A DNA stretch of 43,191 bases from a virus. Below are positions 28,055 through 36,974 of the stretch, piece after piece (position 1 is the first letter of the stretch; each line of letters starts with the position of its first letter). Position numbers and translations under genes: made by a program. Below the pieces are notes generated by a model. It was not told the origin of the DNA and made no database searches. It was given only the letters and a program-made list of their open reading frames with translations. The DNA lies in IMG/VR virus record IMGVR_UViG_3300028859_000002; one strand, 5' to 3'.

Positions 28055-28305
28055 AAAAACGATTGCGCAAAAAGATCCAAAAGGAACGCATCGAAACCTA
28101 TCGCGGCATCACGCTATGGGAAGGATGGGCCGGGCCGTATTCATATCTACAAAAAAGATCTCAGCGCGTCATGATCATGCTGCCCACGATTGAATTTTAC
28201 GCACCTGATTTCACTCAAGCGAAACTATGCGTGGATCACTGGCACGCGTCCGCTGAGAAACAAGTGGAGATCCACAAACGGAAGACTGACGAGGCTCCGT
28301 TTTGA
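28051..28305 (+). CDS. Hypothetical basic early protein (84 aa)
   Basis: GGAGG at 28036-28040, ATGA coupling. Product MKKRLRKKIQKERIETYRG... Confidence 0.6.
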   Translation: MKKRLRKKIQKERIETYRGITLWEGWAGPYSYLQKRSQRVMIMLPTIEFYAPDFTQAKLCVDHWHASAEKQVEIHKRKTDEAPF

Positions 28306-28340
28306 ACCCCGAACCGCCGATTGATCCGCCGGAAGTTAAG

Positions 28341-28478
28341 ATGTGGTTCTGGGTTTGCCAGAATTGCGGGCATGAAACCGATGAAGAATCAGATCCCGAT
28401 ATGATCGAAAAACCTGAATGTTGTATTGAATGTAGGGCCGACGAATTTAAGATCAAGTTTGATTATTTTCAAGCTTGA
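28341..28478 (+). CDS. Zn-ribbon mini-protein (45 aa; 58 aa if TTG 28302 is used)
   Basis: CQNCG...CIEC (CxxC-x17-CxxC). GGAAG RBS. Confidence 0.5.
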   Translation: MWFWVCQNCGHETDEESDPDMIEKPECCIECRADEFKIKFDYFQA

Positions 28479-28489
28479 CACACTATAAT
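28459..28489 (+). promoter_or_regulatory. Promoter-like element with a perfect -10
   Basis: TATAAT at 28484-28489. -35 candidates are TTGATT (28459-28464, 19-nt spacer) and an overlapping TTGACAC box at 28475. Confidence 0.35.
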
Positions 28490-28526
28490 GCACACGCTGA
28501 CCGAAATTCAGCAGAAAGAAGTAACA

Positions 28527-29042
28527 ATGAAAACCATTCCCCAACTCATCAAAGAACTCCGCGAAATGCCGCTTGGAAACCTGTACCTTGAAAAAGGTCT
28601 CCTCATGAAAGAACTCTGCCAGCGTTTCGGCATGGATTTTTATACCGTTAAAACTGCCGACTTCGAAAAGAAGTGCGATGATGCGATGACGAGTGTAAGC
28701 GACGCGCCAGCAGCTCCGAAACCGTTCGCGCCAGGCGATCTTTTCGTGTGCTCCAGTGGCGCGACGATGCGCCGAAACGAGTTTTTCCAGATCATTGCAG
28801 TGAAGGGAAGTAGGGTATTTTTGTGCGCACCCGAAACCGCGCTCGAATCAGACGGATGGGATTCGGGCCGCGAATGGATCTCTTCGCGCTGCAAGGGAGC
28901 ACATGGAAAATTAAGTTACGCGAAAATTGTTCGCGGTCGCCTCAAGCTGTGCCATGACGACTCGTTTAAGGTAAAAGATCACTACTGGGATTATTTGAAA
29001 CCAACCGAAATTGGAAAAAAGGAAAGTTTTTACGGTGATTGA
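28527..29042 (+). CDS. Hypothetical early protein (171 aa from ATG 28527)
   Basis: GAAAGAAG RBS. Product MKTIPQLIKELREMPLG... No family recognised. Confidence 0.6.
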   Translation: MKTIPQLIKELREMPLGNLYLEKGLLMKELCQRFGMDFYTVKTADFEKKCDDAMTSVSDAPAAPKPFAPGDLFVCSSGATMRRNEFFQIIAVKGSRVFLCAPETALESDGWDSGREWISSRCKGAHGKLSYAKIVRGRLKLCHDDSFKVKDHYWDYLKPTEIGKKESFYGD

Positions 29043-29044
29043 TA

Positions 29045-29539
29045 ATGATTTTTATAAGTTTAAGCGCATGGAAAATAAGAGAATTCGCCACGAAAAACCC
29101 GAAACTATACGAAGAATGTCGCGTCATAAATCCAGAAATAAAGCCAATCGAAGAAGCCAATAAAAGTTATAACGGGATCGAAGGATGGGTTAACGACTTC
29201 GAAAGCATCCCTGACGGATTGTTTGAACACCTAGAGTTTAAACGCGTAAAACCATTGTGGCAGACTGATTTTAAAGGCGATGTGAAAGCGACCGATCTAA
29301 AGCAGGCGCTTTTACACCATCACGTTCACTTGCCGGGCAACGAGCTACTTACCATAAACGAAGTTTTCGTATTGAATGATGCCTGCACCGAACGCGTTCA
29401 AGAAGAAATTCAGAATGGGTTTAGGATTATCGCGATTTGCCCTCAGCATGGTCAGCGTCGCCCAGATTATGTAATGGGCCGTGGATTCGGTACTAAACAG
29501 GTATTACCGACAACGGCTAGCGAGGACGTGCCATTCTAA
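29045..29539 (+). CDS. Hypothetical early protein (164 aa; the ORF opens at TTG 29039)
   Basis: Long ORF directly after the upstream stop. No family recognised. Confidence 0.55.
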   Translation: MIFISLSAWKIREFATKNPKLYEECRVINPEIKPIEEANKSYNGIEGWVNDFESIPDGLFEHLEFKRVKPLWQTDFKGDVKATDLKQALLHHHVHLPGNELLTINEVFVLNDACTERVQEEIQNGFRIIAICPQHGQRRPDYVMGRGFGTKQVLPTTASEDVPF

Positions 29540-29615
29540 AAAAACGACACAAGGACGATTTTTAAGTGACAAGAATCAGAACACCGTATAAACAGTGTTC
29601 ATAAAGGAAATAAAT

Positions 29616-29828
29616 ATGGACACAAAAACAGTTTTAGACGCACTTAACGACACCGGAGATTCAAAACTTGTACTCGCAGCAGCTATTTTAGATGTTGCTA
29701 AAGCAATTCACAAACTAGGAACAGCAGACGCGGCAACCCCAATGGGAGCAATAGAGCTTCTTGCTAAAGAAGTTAAAGGAATCTCAAGCGTACTGCAAGA
29801 TATACATGAAAACTCGGCTAACGGTTGA
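29616..29828 (+). CDS. Hypothetical small helical protein (70 aa)
   Basis: AAAGGAAA RBS before ATG 29616. Product MDTKTVLDALNDTGDSKLVLAAAILD... Confidence 0.55.
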   Translation: MDTKTVLDALNDTGDSKLVLAAAILDVAKAIHKLGTADAATPMGAIELLAKEVKGISSVLQDIHENSANG

Positions 29829-29843
29829 TATTTTCGAATTCAA

Positions 29844-30083
29844 ATGAAAAAGACCATTGACGAACTCTTAAACGACCCGATTGTGAACGCCGCATGGCTT
29901 GCGTATGTGACAATCCCAGCACCACAAGATGCTTATAGTCTCATGCTCGCAGCGGACGGCAAACTAAAGCCTGCCCCTGTTGTTCAGAATTTTCAGCCTC
30001 ATCTTGAACCCAAAAAAGTGGTGCGACAGCCAGAACCTGCTCCCGAACCTATTGCCGCGTGCGAGACAAGTTTCTCGGAGTGA
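29844..30083 (+). CDS. Hypothetical protein (79 aa)
   Basis: ORF in the plus-strand early array. Pro-rich C-terminal half. Confidence 0.5.
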   Translation: MKKTIDELLNDPIVNAAWLAYVTIPAPQDAYSLMLAADGKLKPAPVVQNFQPHLEPKKVVRQPEPAPEPIAACETSFSE

Positions 30084-30108
30084 AACACAAGAAGAAGGAA
30101 GCGGTAGC

Positions 30109-30402
30109 ATGACCGAATCAGAACGCCTAACCAAAGCTCTGCGTTTACTTAAAACCGCAAGAGACTCGCTGTGCGCGAAGTGTTGCCGCGCTTCCGAAGG
30201 TAAAACACCCGCACACCCAGCGCACTGGTACGACTGCAAAAAGATGACTGAGTTTTTGAACGAGTGTAACGTGAGTGACATCCCTAAAGTGAACTGGCGA
30301 GAAGGATTTTGGGGAGTGAAATGCCCCTGTCACGTTTGCATGTTCAGAATGAGAACACCAACTTGCATCCACGCAATTTCGTTTTTGGAGACCGGGGAAT
30401 GA
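30109..30402 (+). CDS. Cys-rich hypothetical protein (97 aa), probable metal binding
   Basis: GAAGAAGGAAG RBS. Nine Cys, including CAKCC and CPCHVC. Confidence 0.55.
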   Translation: MTESERLTKALRLLKTARDSLCAKCCRASEGKTPAHPAHWYDCKKMTEFLNECNVSDIPKVNWREGFWGVKCPCHVCMFRMRTPTCIHAISFLETGE

Positions 30403-30695
30403 ATTCTCTCGAAACCAAATTGCGGAGGATTGAATCGAAAGCGAAAGTGGCAACACCAGGGAAGTGGGAACCTAAAACACACATACGTACTTCTCATGGT
30501 GACCCATCCGACGAAAAAAACTTAAAAGAAGTGATGGATACACTAGGAATGAACCAAACCGAATTGGCAGAAAAATCGAAACTCACACAAGCGGCCATTT
30601 CTCAGATTATTAGTGGTCATCGCGAACCATCTTTAAGTTCAATTGTTGCCATACTAGAAGTTATTCCAGTCAAATTCGAAAGGCTTTTAAAATGA
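30399..30695 (+). CDS. XRE-family HTH regulator (98 aa)
   Basis: ATGA coupling. LGMNQTELAEKSKLTQAAISQIISGHREPSLSSIVAI is a canonical HTH_3 pattern. Confidence 0.7.
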   Translation: MNSLETKLRRIESKAKVATPGKWEPKTHIRTSHGDPSDEKNLKEVMDTLGMNQTELAEKSKLTQAAISQIISGHREPSLSSIVAILEVIPVKFERLLK

Positions 30696-30820
30696 CCCCA
30701 TCAAACGAAACCGATAAAGAGCGCGCGTTTACCGAATTCAAGAAATGTTCAAACTGCGGGAGACTTTACGCTTCTATGTTTAGCGACGCATGTCCGACAT
30801 GCGGGGCGGTTAATTTATGA
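30692..30820 (+). CDS. Zn-ribbon mini-protein (42 aa)
   Basis: CSNCG...CPTCG. ATGA coupling at both ends. Confidence 0.5.
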   Translation: MTPSNETDKERAFTEFKKCSNCGRLYASMFSDACPTCGAVNL

Positions 30821-31365
30821 AACTCACTAACGAAAAGATTGAAGACGGTTGGCACTCTTACAAGGGTCATTATGTTATCGGTGAGATGAACAGACATCCT
30901 GCACTTCAATCCGCGCCAGACCCGAAAGACGCCTGGATAGCTGGCGCTCATTTCGCGATACCAATCATCAGGGCTGAGTCAAAGGCTACGATCAACAATT
31001 TAACAAATAAGCTTAGTCGTGAATCGGCAAGAAGTATTTCAGATGAGATTAAAATTCATGAACAGCAATTACAAATCGCAAGCCAAGCTGCGGAGATTGA
31101 GAAGCTGAAGAAACAAAACCATGAGGACGTGTTTCAATGTCCGGCTTGCGGTACTGAATTTTACAAAGATCAATTTCGTTCTTGTTTGGAAAATAAAATA
31201 GCAAGCTTGCAGGAGCAGGTGAAAATTTGCGAGGAGGCGCTTAAAAGAGTTTCGTTTCCATATATGCAACATGCAAACTTTGGGTGGGATTTAAACGAAC
31301 GCATAGATATTAGTACAAAAGCGCTCTCAAAACTCCACGCCCTCCGAGATCAGGGTAACCAATGA
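30817..31365 (+). CDS. Coiled-coil hypothetical protein (182 aa) with a CPACG knuckle
   Basis: Long ORF. Heptad-like central region (HEQQLQIASQAAEIEKLKKQN). Confidence 0.6.
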   Translation: MKLTNEKIEDGWHSYKGHYVIGEMNRHPALQSAPDPKDAWIAGAHFAIPIIRAESKATINNLTNKLSRESARSISDEIKIHEQQLQIASQAAEIEKLKKQNHEDVFQCPACGTEFYKDQFRSCLENKIASLQEQVKICEEALKRVSFPYMQHANFGWDLNERIDISTKALSKLHALRDQGNQ

Positions 31366-31430
31366 CCGCAATCGCAATCTGGCTCATCATTGGATATTGC
31401 TGTTACAAGTTTTGGAGAAGCATAAAATGA
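31362..31430 (+). CDS. Membrane micropeptide (22 aa)
   Basis: MTAIAIWLIIGYCCYKFWRSIK. ATGA coupling at both ends bridges the two flanking genes. Confidence 0.35.
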   Translation: MTAIAIWLIIGYCCYKFWRSIK

Positions 31431-31669
31431 ACCATCCCGAAGCATACAAAATATTAATGAAGCGCGTTCACATATTAATTATCCGCGCCGAAAACAAGAA
31501 CGACTTAAAAAGTGATTCAACTATCGAAACAGAGGAGGCGCGCGCTCTCCTATTTATTCTGCGCAGGCATTCGTATCATTATAAAGCTGCCGATGCGTTT
31601 TTTTCGAAAATAGTGGAACTTGATGAACGGTTGCAACGAGTCCTATTATCTGAAACAATTACCACATGA
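31427..31669 (+). CDS. Hypothetical protein (80 aa)
   Basis: In-frame ATG coupled to the upstream stop. Product MNHPEAYKILMKRVHILIIRAEN... Confidence 0.5.
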   Translation: MNHPEAYKILMKRVHILIIRAENKNDLKSDSTIETEEARALLFILRRHSYHYKAADAFFSKIVELDERLQRVLLSETITT

Positions 31670-31896
31670 GCAGTTGCCCACCTAACCCCACGTCTTGCAA
31701 GGTAACTTTAAACTACGCAAACCTTCACGTTTTACCCCAGTATTGGCCCATTGACTTCAGGTTTTATCCCACGAAAGAGCAGTACGATGCAATCATGGGT
31801 AAGGAAGGTTATTGGCTTTGTCAGATAGACGCCGATTGTCCACAAAATATCCAGTTTATTGAGCAACAATTCGGGGAAAATTGGGCAGATTTATAG
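31666..31896 (+). CDS. Hypothetical protein (76 aa)
   Basis: ATGA coupling. Product MSSCPPNPTSCKVTLNY... Confidence 0.5.
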   Translation: MSSCPPNPTSCKVTLNYANLHVLPQYWPIDFRFYPTKEQYDAIMGKEGYWLCQIDADCPQNIQFIEQQFGENWADL

Positions 31897-31924
31897 TTGA
31901 CACGCCACAGTACTGTGATACATA
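31897..31924 (+). promoter_or_regulatory. Sigma70-like promoter with a palindromic operator in the spacer
   Basis: TTGACA (31897-31902), a 16-nt spacer, TACATA (31919-31924). The spacer holds the perfect 12-bp palindrome CACAGTACTGTG (31906-31917). Confidence 0.45.
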
Positions 31925-31930
31925 AGGGTT

Positions 31931-32134
31931 ATGGAAAAGGCTCCTGATGCAAGAGATCTAAGATTTACGATCGAGCAATTAATGGATGGATGCGAAAAAA
32001 ATCCTAAAGCACTCGTCGCACTTCCAGCTCATCAACTTAAAGAAATGATTAATTCGGCACAATGGTTAATTAAATGCCAAGATAGCCAGAATCTACCATC
32101 AGTAAGACGCGCGATACAGGCGTTTAAGGATTAA
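31931..32134 (+). CDS. Hypothetical protein (67 aa)
   Basis: AAGGG RBS. Helical composition. Confidence 0.55.
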   Translation: MEKAPDARDLRFTIEQLMDGCEKNPKALVALPAHQLKEMINSAQWLIKCQDSQNLPSVRRAIQAFKD

Positions 32135-32135
32135 T

Positions 32136-32291
32136 ATGACACGCTTCAACAACGTAACTGATTCAATTGCCCTAACCGACTATGAACGCAAAAAGTCCTG
32201 TAAAACACGCATAGATTTTAGCTGGGGAATTGTTTTTATAATCAGCATCGCTATGATTTTCCTCTCGTTTTATTTGCTTTTTTCTGAGTGA
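32136..32291 (+). CDS. Membrane protein (51 aa)
   Basis: C-terminal TM FSWGIVFIISIAMIFLSFYLLF. Starts 2 nt after the upstream stop. Confidence 0.45.
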   Translation: MTRFNNVTDSIALTDYERKKSCKTRIDFSWGIVFIISIAMIFLSFYLLFSE

Positions 32292-32307
32292 ATATTAAAC
32301 TGGTTTC

Positions 32308-32502
32308 ATGGCTAAATCGATGAAATTAGGTGGTGGTGGTCGTTTCGCAGCTCTCGAACACAAACTCTCAGGGAAGGTTCACAATCCTGGAGCGGTGGCC
32401 GCTAAGATAGGAATGGAAAAGTACGGAAAAGCCAAAATGGAAAAAATGGCTGAACACGGAAAACAGCGGGCAGCCCATAAATCGTCTAAACGCGTAGGTT
32501 AA
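32308..32502 (+). CDS. Small basic protein (64 aa), conserved-hypothetical type
   Basis: MAKSMKLGGGGRFAALEHKLSGKVHNPGAVAAKIGMEKYGK. I have seen this pattern in phage and plasmid small proteins; function unknown. Confidence 0.55.
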   Translation: MAKSMKLGGGGRFAALEHKLSGKVHNPGAVAAKIGMEKYGKAKMEKMAEHGKQRAAHKSSKRVG

Positions 32503-32503
32503 T

Positions 32504-32716
32504 TTGACAGAATCTCAAATCAAGTCAGCAGTCGATTTCGTTGCGGACTCAGGTCCGCGCACGCATGCAATGGCAATTCTTAAAATTGATGATAAAGGCG
32601 ACGTCCAAGTAAGCTTTACGGGACCACTCCCCGCCATGTCGTACATGAAAGATATTTTCGAAAATTTCGTTCAAGCAAACCTCACAAAAACATTTGAACC
32701 TACTTCAAATGGTTGA
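32504..32716 (+). CDS. Hypothetical protein (70 aa, TTG start)
   Basis: Last ORF of the early block. The start codon is uncertain. Confidence 0.4.
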   Translation: MTESQIKSAVDFVADSGPRTHAMAILKIDDKGDVQVSFTGPLPAMSYMKDIFENFVQANLTKTFEPTSNG

Positions 32717-32741
32717 CTTTTTTAAATAATATTGATATACT
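32713..32741 (+). promoter_or_regulatory. Near-consensus sigma70 promoter pointing into the 3' end of the convergent primase gene
   Basis: TTGACT (32713-32718), a 17-nt spacer, TATACT (32736-32741) with TG at 32733-32734 (extended -10). Confidence 0.45.
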
Positions 32742-32822
32742 TTTAATGTCTCTCGCCAGGCGATTATACTTCGTCCGAAGGCGCGCATGAAACATTTCGG
32801 CCCGATACTGGGGTTTCATGGT

Positions 32823-35156
32823 TCAGACTTGGCTAGTGCTAGAGTATTCCTTGCACCAGCGCCTTTCAATTTTACCATCATGCCGAGTTGGCTTACAAAC
32901 GTATCCTTTAATTTCTAGAATATGCTTTATTCTATCTTTGTCCTGTTTTCTTTGTTGGTGAACTGGAATTTCTAATAAATCAAAAACAATGCTCATCCTA
33001 AATCTATCCTGATACCCTGCCGCTCCATATAACCAATCTTCTATTTTTTCTTCCCACGGATCAATTACGCGTTTTGTTTCTTGCATTTCTTTTGCTGCAC
33101 TTTCTGGAACCATCCACCATGATTCCTTATTCTCTCTGAATCTCCAAACCGCTTCCGCAAATAACTGATCACGATTATTGCGAACGTAATCGATGTCCAC
33201 TTTATTTACATATATAGGCCAGTATCGACGCGCGCCCGTTGGATCTGCCAGATATTCCCCGTCATTCGTGGTCCCAACAAATACACAAGTCCGATTGAAT
33301 AATATTTCATGCCTACCATAAGACGGCCTATATTTGTCAGCACGATCCGAAAGAGCGGCTTTGATGTCTTGTTGGTTGTGTGCCTTAAGTAAAGACGTTA
33401 ATTCTGGAATCTCTACGATCAAATGGCCTGACAAAAGAGATTTAAAATCTTTAGAGCCTACCGCTTCGGTACATTCCGTAAACCACTCTTTTGCGATCTC
33501 CTCAAGCAGTGTCGATTTTTGAGCACCTTGTCTTCCTTCTAGGATCACCATGTTGTCCATTTTGCAACCGGGAACAAAAACCCGCGCCGCCATCGCTACC
33601 CAAAAGTTCTTTGAGACGGTGCGTGTGTATTCATCATTTTCTGACTGACATGCATTAATAAAAAAATCGTGACACCGTTCTTTTTTGTCCCACACAAGCG
33701 AACTCATCCAGTCACGCGGCTCATTCTTTCGGTTTTTGTGCGCGTACAGCCTAACAGCTTCTCTTACGGTTCCTACTTCGAGCTTATGCATCTCAAAAAC
33801 TCGTTGAAAAATTGCCGTTAGCTCAAGATCATCACCATCGATCCACTGAACGGGCTTTTCGGTTCGCCACGTTGTAAATGTCCGAAGATGAAACTCATCA
33901 AACCAGATCCGTCCCTTTAAGTTTCTGTGATTTGAAATTAACGCAACCATGTTAGAAATATTCAAATGAAATTCACTTGATCCTATTTTTTGAATCAAAC
34001 CGCAATTGTTCAGCTCTGAGTAAATATTCCCCTGCACCCACTCCGTTTCTGCCACCTCCTCAAGCTCAGGCGGAGTAATTACGGGCGGTAACTCGTATGT
34101 TTTAACAAACGGGAGGACGGTATTTTTGAAAATCTGCGCGGTCCAGGCCATGTTTTCGGCATCAGCGGCGTCAAAACCATCTATTTCGCCGATTGCAGGA
34201 TATTCGTGCAAGGAAAAATACTTAATTTCGCAATATGGCGCGAGAATTGCAGCTATCCCCATCATGGCAGAGAACCCAGGTTGCTCATCTAAAGGAATCA
34301 TTTCACCGACCGCAAGGCCGTATTTGGCAGATTGTGTCTCGGTTTTGATCACCTTGCGGTCATTGTCAGGCCAAAGAACTATTTTACGACCACGCAGAGG
34401 CGTCCAGTCTGTCTTTTCAAAGGCCTTTGCCCCACCGGACCAGGAAACCACTGTATATGTCTTAGGATTCAGGAAACGGCGTGCAGCTTCACAGGTCTTC
34501 TCGCCTTCAACGATTAAAACCGCCTGGGACTCATCAGCGAGTTTTTCAAGCCCATACAACGGACGTGGACCGTCCCAAGCCTTCGAGACGATCCTCCCCC
34601 GGTTTGAACACCATGAGAACGGTATGAATTGCTTGCCTCCATCCTTGGATTTATATCGGGCAATCCAAAAAAGTCGTCCTCCCCCCTCATCATAGTAGCA
34701 CCAAGTTCCTTCAGGAGAACCATGTTGGGCGTGGAAAAAATTTGGCTCCTGGACTTCAAGAGGGATCGGAACAAGGTTAAAAGGGATTTCGTCGGGCTGC
34801 CGACTTGTGACTTGCGGAGTATGCGGCGTCGGAGCATGAGCCGATTTATAGTTATTTTGTTTAAACTTATACCCGATTTTTTTGGCGAGCGCTTTCATGG
34901 CATCGAGCTGGGAGCACCGATGATGAGCGGCATAAAGAGAGATGAGGTCTCCACCTTTTTCGTCGGTCGCAAAATCAGCCCATTTGCCGCTGTTCAAATT
35001 CAGGCTACAGCTATCACCTTGACCGCCAGTTACAGAACCCGCAACCCATTCATTGCCCCGCATTTTTCCACCCGGCAAAAGATCACTCGCGAGAGACCTG
35101 ATGTGTGCAAGTGCTAGACTCGAAATTTCTTTAAAATCATTTTGTTGTAAACTCAT
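32823..35156 (-). CDS. Primase/helicase: Toprim-type primase fused to a VirE/D5-like P-loop NTPase (777 aa from ATG 35156; the ORF opens at TTG 35180)
   Basis: N-terminal Zn-binding-like segment, Toprim LIVEGEKTCEAA ... LWPDND, Walker A EGRQGAQKST, and VFVGTTND. Confidence 0.8.
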   Translation of the reverse strand: MSLQQNDFKEISSLALAHIRSLASDLLPGGKMRGNEWVAGSVTGGQGDSCSLNLNSGKWADFATDEKGGDLISLYAAHHRCSQLDAMKALAKKIGYKFKQNNYKSAHAPTPHTPQVTSRQPDEIPFNLVPIPLEVQEPNFFHAQHGSPEGTWCYYDEGGGRLFWIARYKSKDGGKQFIPFSWCSNRGRIVSKAWDGPRPLYGLEKLADESQAVLIVEGEKTCEAARRFLNPKTYTVVSWSGGAKAFEKTDWTPLRGRKIVLWPDNDRKVIKTETQSAKYGLAVGEMIPLDEQPGFSAMMGIAAILAPYCEIKYFSLHEYPAIGEIDGFDAADAENMAWTAQIFKNTVLPFVKTYELPPVITPPELEEVAETEWVQGNIYSELNNCGLIQKIGSSEFHLNISNMVALISNHRNLKGRIWFDEFHLRTFTTWRTEKPVQWIDGDDLELTAIFQRVFEMHKLEVGTVREAVRLYAHKNRKNEPRDWMSSLVWDKKERCHDFFINACQSENDEYTRTVSKNFWVAMAARVFVPGCKMDNMVILEGRQGAQKSTLLEEIAKEWFTECTEAVGSKDFKSLLSGHLIVEIPELTSLLKAHNQQDIKAALSDRADKYRPSYGRHEILFNRTCVFVGTTNDGEYLADPTGARRYWPIYVNKVDIDYVRNNRDQLFAEAVWRFRENKESWWMVPESAAKEMQETKRVIDPWEEKIEDWLYGAAGYQDRFRMSIVFDLLEIPVHQQRKQDKDRIKHILEIKGYVCKPTRHDGKIERRWCKEYSSTSQV

Positions 35157-35535
35157 TGATGAAATAATCGAACTCGTCAACCGATTTCACGATAGCCGAG
35201 ATCCCCCCAGATTCAATAACTACTCTGTCAAAATTTTTTTGTTCTTCAGAAACCCTACCTCGACCGTTAGGATTTTTGCACTCACAATTTGTGAACACTG
35301 CGAATGTTTTCCCCAAGTGTGCCTCTGTAATTTTTACAGGGGTCCATCCGATCAGGTCTCCACTTCCGACCGCAAGCCCGGAATGTAATGGACGAAAATT
35401 CATTAGCTTAAGCGAGTGCGACGTTCTGTCAACTATTGAACCGACCCAGCCAACGCCCGTATTATTTCTAAATAACCGTAGTCCCATTTTAGATGCGTGG
35501 AGTTGAATCCTCCGCATCAATTCTGCTTCGTCCAT
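35137..35535 (-). CDS. VRR-NUC domain nuclease (132 aa)
   Basis: GSGDLIGW ... FTNCECK ... EEQKNF matches the D...ExK PD-(D/E)xK core of VRR-NUC. Confidence 0.75.
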   Translation of the reverse strand: MDEAELMRRIQLHASKMGLRLFRNNTGVGWVGSIVDRTSHSLKLMNFRPLHSGLAVGSGDLIGWTPVKITEAHLGKTFAVFTNCECKNPNGRGRVSEEQKNFDRVVIESGGISAIVKSVDEFDYFINEFTTK

Positions 35536-36969
35536 TTATGCCCCCTGTTTTTTGTTTGCTCTTGCGATCATCATATGTTTTGCCCATAACTCGGCACGTC
35601 GATAATTACGTTTACGACCAAGCTCAACAAGCTGTTCATATGTTCTTGCCGAACCCTGTTCTTTCGCTCTTAGTCTCCTGATCTCATTCGGATCAATTTG
35701 AACCAAATCACCGGGAACTTGCTCAATAACTCGCGCCCGAACTTGAAACGGTTCATTACAAAAAACACAAACCTTTGCAAAAGATGAATTTGCAGCCATG
35801 CATTTTTCACATAATTTTACTTTTGACTCTTCTTTTTTTCTCTTCTTTTCTCCATCTAAACTCCACTCACGAACTTCGTCAGGAAGCCCATGTCGCATGA
35901 CATTTCCAGCCTGATCTAAATAAGTTGCAAATGGCTTGTCAGAGGCAGCAATTGCAGCCAAACGCTCCTCACGAGTATCGAGAGGCATTCCTTTTTTATA
36001 ATTAGGGCGCAGACAACGACCAAAACGCTGGAGATATGCAGAAAGCGAAAGAGTCGGCGAGCAGTCAATAACCGCATCAATTGCCGGTACATCAAATCCC
36101 TCTCCGAATAACCCTACATTTGAAAGAACCGACAAATCATTTTCTTTAAATGCTCGAATTGTTCCGTCCCGTACAACCTCTTCAGAGTTTCCATCAACAT
36201 GTTTTGCGCTTACGCCCCCAACCTTAAAGGTCGAAACAAGATTTTCAGAGTGTGAGACGCCAGGACAAAACACAATTGCACGCTTTCCATCAGCGTGTTT
36301 TTTGTAAATCTTAAGAGAATCCCCTAATATTTGTGGCTTATTAAAAATTTCGCTGACTTCATGCTTTGAAAAATCTCCCATTCTAACATGGACCTCTTCC
36401 ATCGATGGGCCAGGTGGCGCAAATATAATGTATTTTGTCAGATATCCTTCTGAAATTAGCCATTCAACTTCAGGCCCACGAATCATTGACTCGAAAAATT
36501 CTCCAAGAGCTTTTCTATCCAATCTTTGAGGAGTAGCGGTTAATCCTATGTGAAACGAGTTTGGGAAGGCTTTAAATATTTTTGCCCATGAATTTGCAGC
36601 CAGGTGATGACATTCATCCCAAATAATTAACTTAGGCGCACGAATTTTATGAAGTCTATTTCCAACCGTTCCAATTGAACCAATTTGAATGTGCGGTTTC
36701 GGATCTGGAGCGAATCCTGCGGCGACAATCCCATGCCGAACCCCTACGCTTGAAAACGTCAATACAGATTGTTTAATTAATTCCCGGCGATGAACCAGGA
36801 AGAGAGAATCCATTCCCTTTGACGCCGCAGTTTGCAGCATGTGCGCGGTTAAGACGGTTTTTCCCGATCCGGTGGGCGAAGTAATCAGAAATCGCTTACA
36901 CCCTTCACGCATTTTTTGCCTAGCTTTTTCAATAATGTCTAGCTGGTAATCTCGGAGAGTAAGCGACAT
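35536..36969 (-). CDS. Superfamily-2 DEAD/DEAH-type helicase (477 aa) with a C-terminal Zn ribbon
   Basis: Motif I SPTGSGKT, motif II IIWDECHH, motif III LTATP. C-terminal CEKC...CVFC. Confidence 0.85.
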   Translation of the reverse strand: MSLTLRDYQLDIIEKARQKMREGCKRFLITSPTGSGKTVLTAHMLQTAASKGMDSLFLVHRRELIKQSVLTFSSVGVRHGIVAAGFAPDPKPHIQIGSIGTVGNRLHKIRAPKLIIWDECHHLAANSWAKIFKAFPNSFHIGLTATPQRLDRKALGEFFESMIRGPEVEWLISEGYLTKYIIFAPPGPSMEEVHVRMGDFSKHEVSEIFNKPQILGDSLKIYKKHADGKRAIVFCPGVSHSENLVSTFKVGGVSAKHVDGNSEEVVRDGTIRAFKENDLSVLSNVGLFGEGFDVPAIDAVIDCSPTLSLSAYLQRFGRCLRPNYKKGMPLDTREERLAAIAASDKPFATYLDQAGNVMRHGLPDEVREWSLDGEKKRKKEESKVKLCEKCMAANSSFAKVCVFCNEPFQVRARVIEQVPGDLVQIDPNEIRRLRAKEQGSARTYEQLVELGRKRNYRRAELWAKHMMIARANKKQGA

Positions 36970-36974
36970 TCAGC

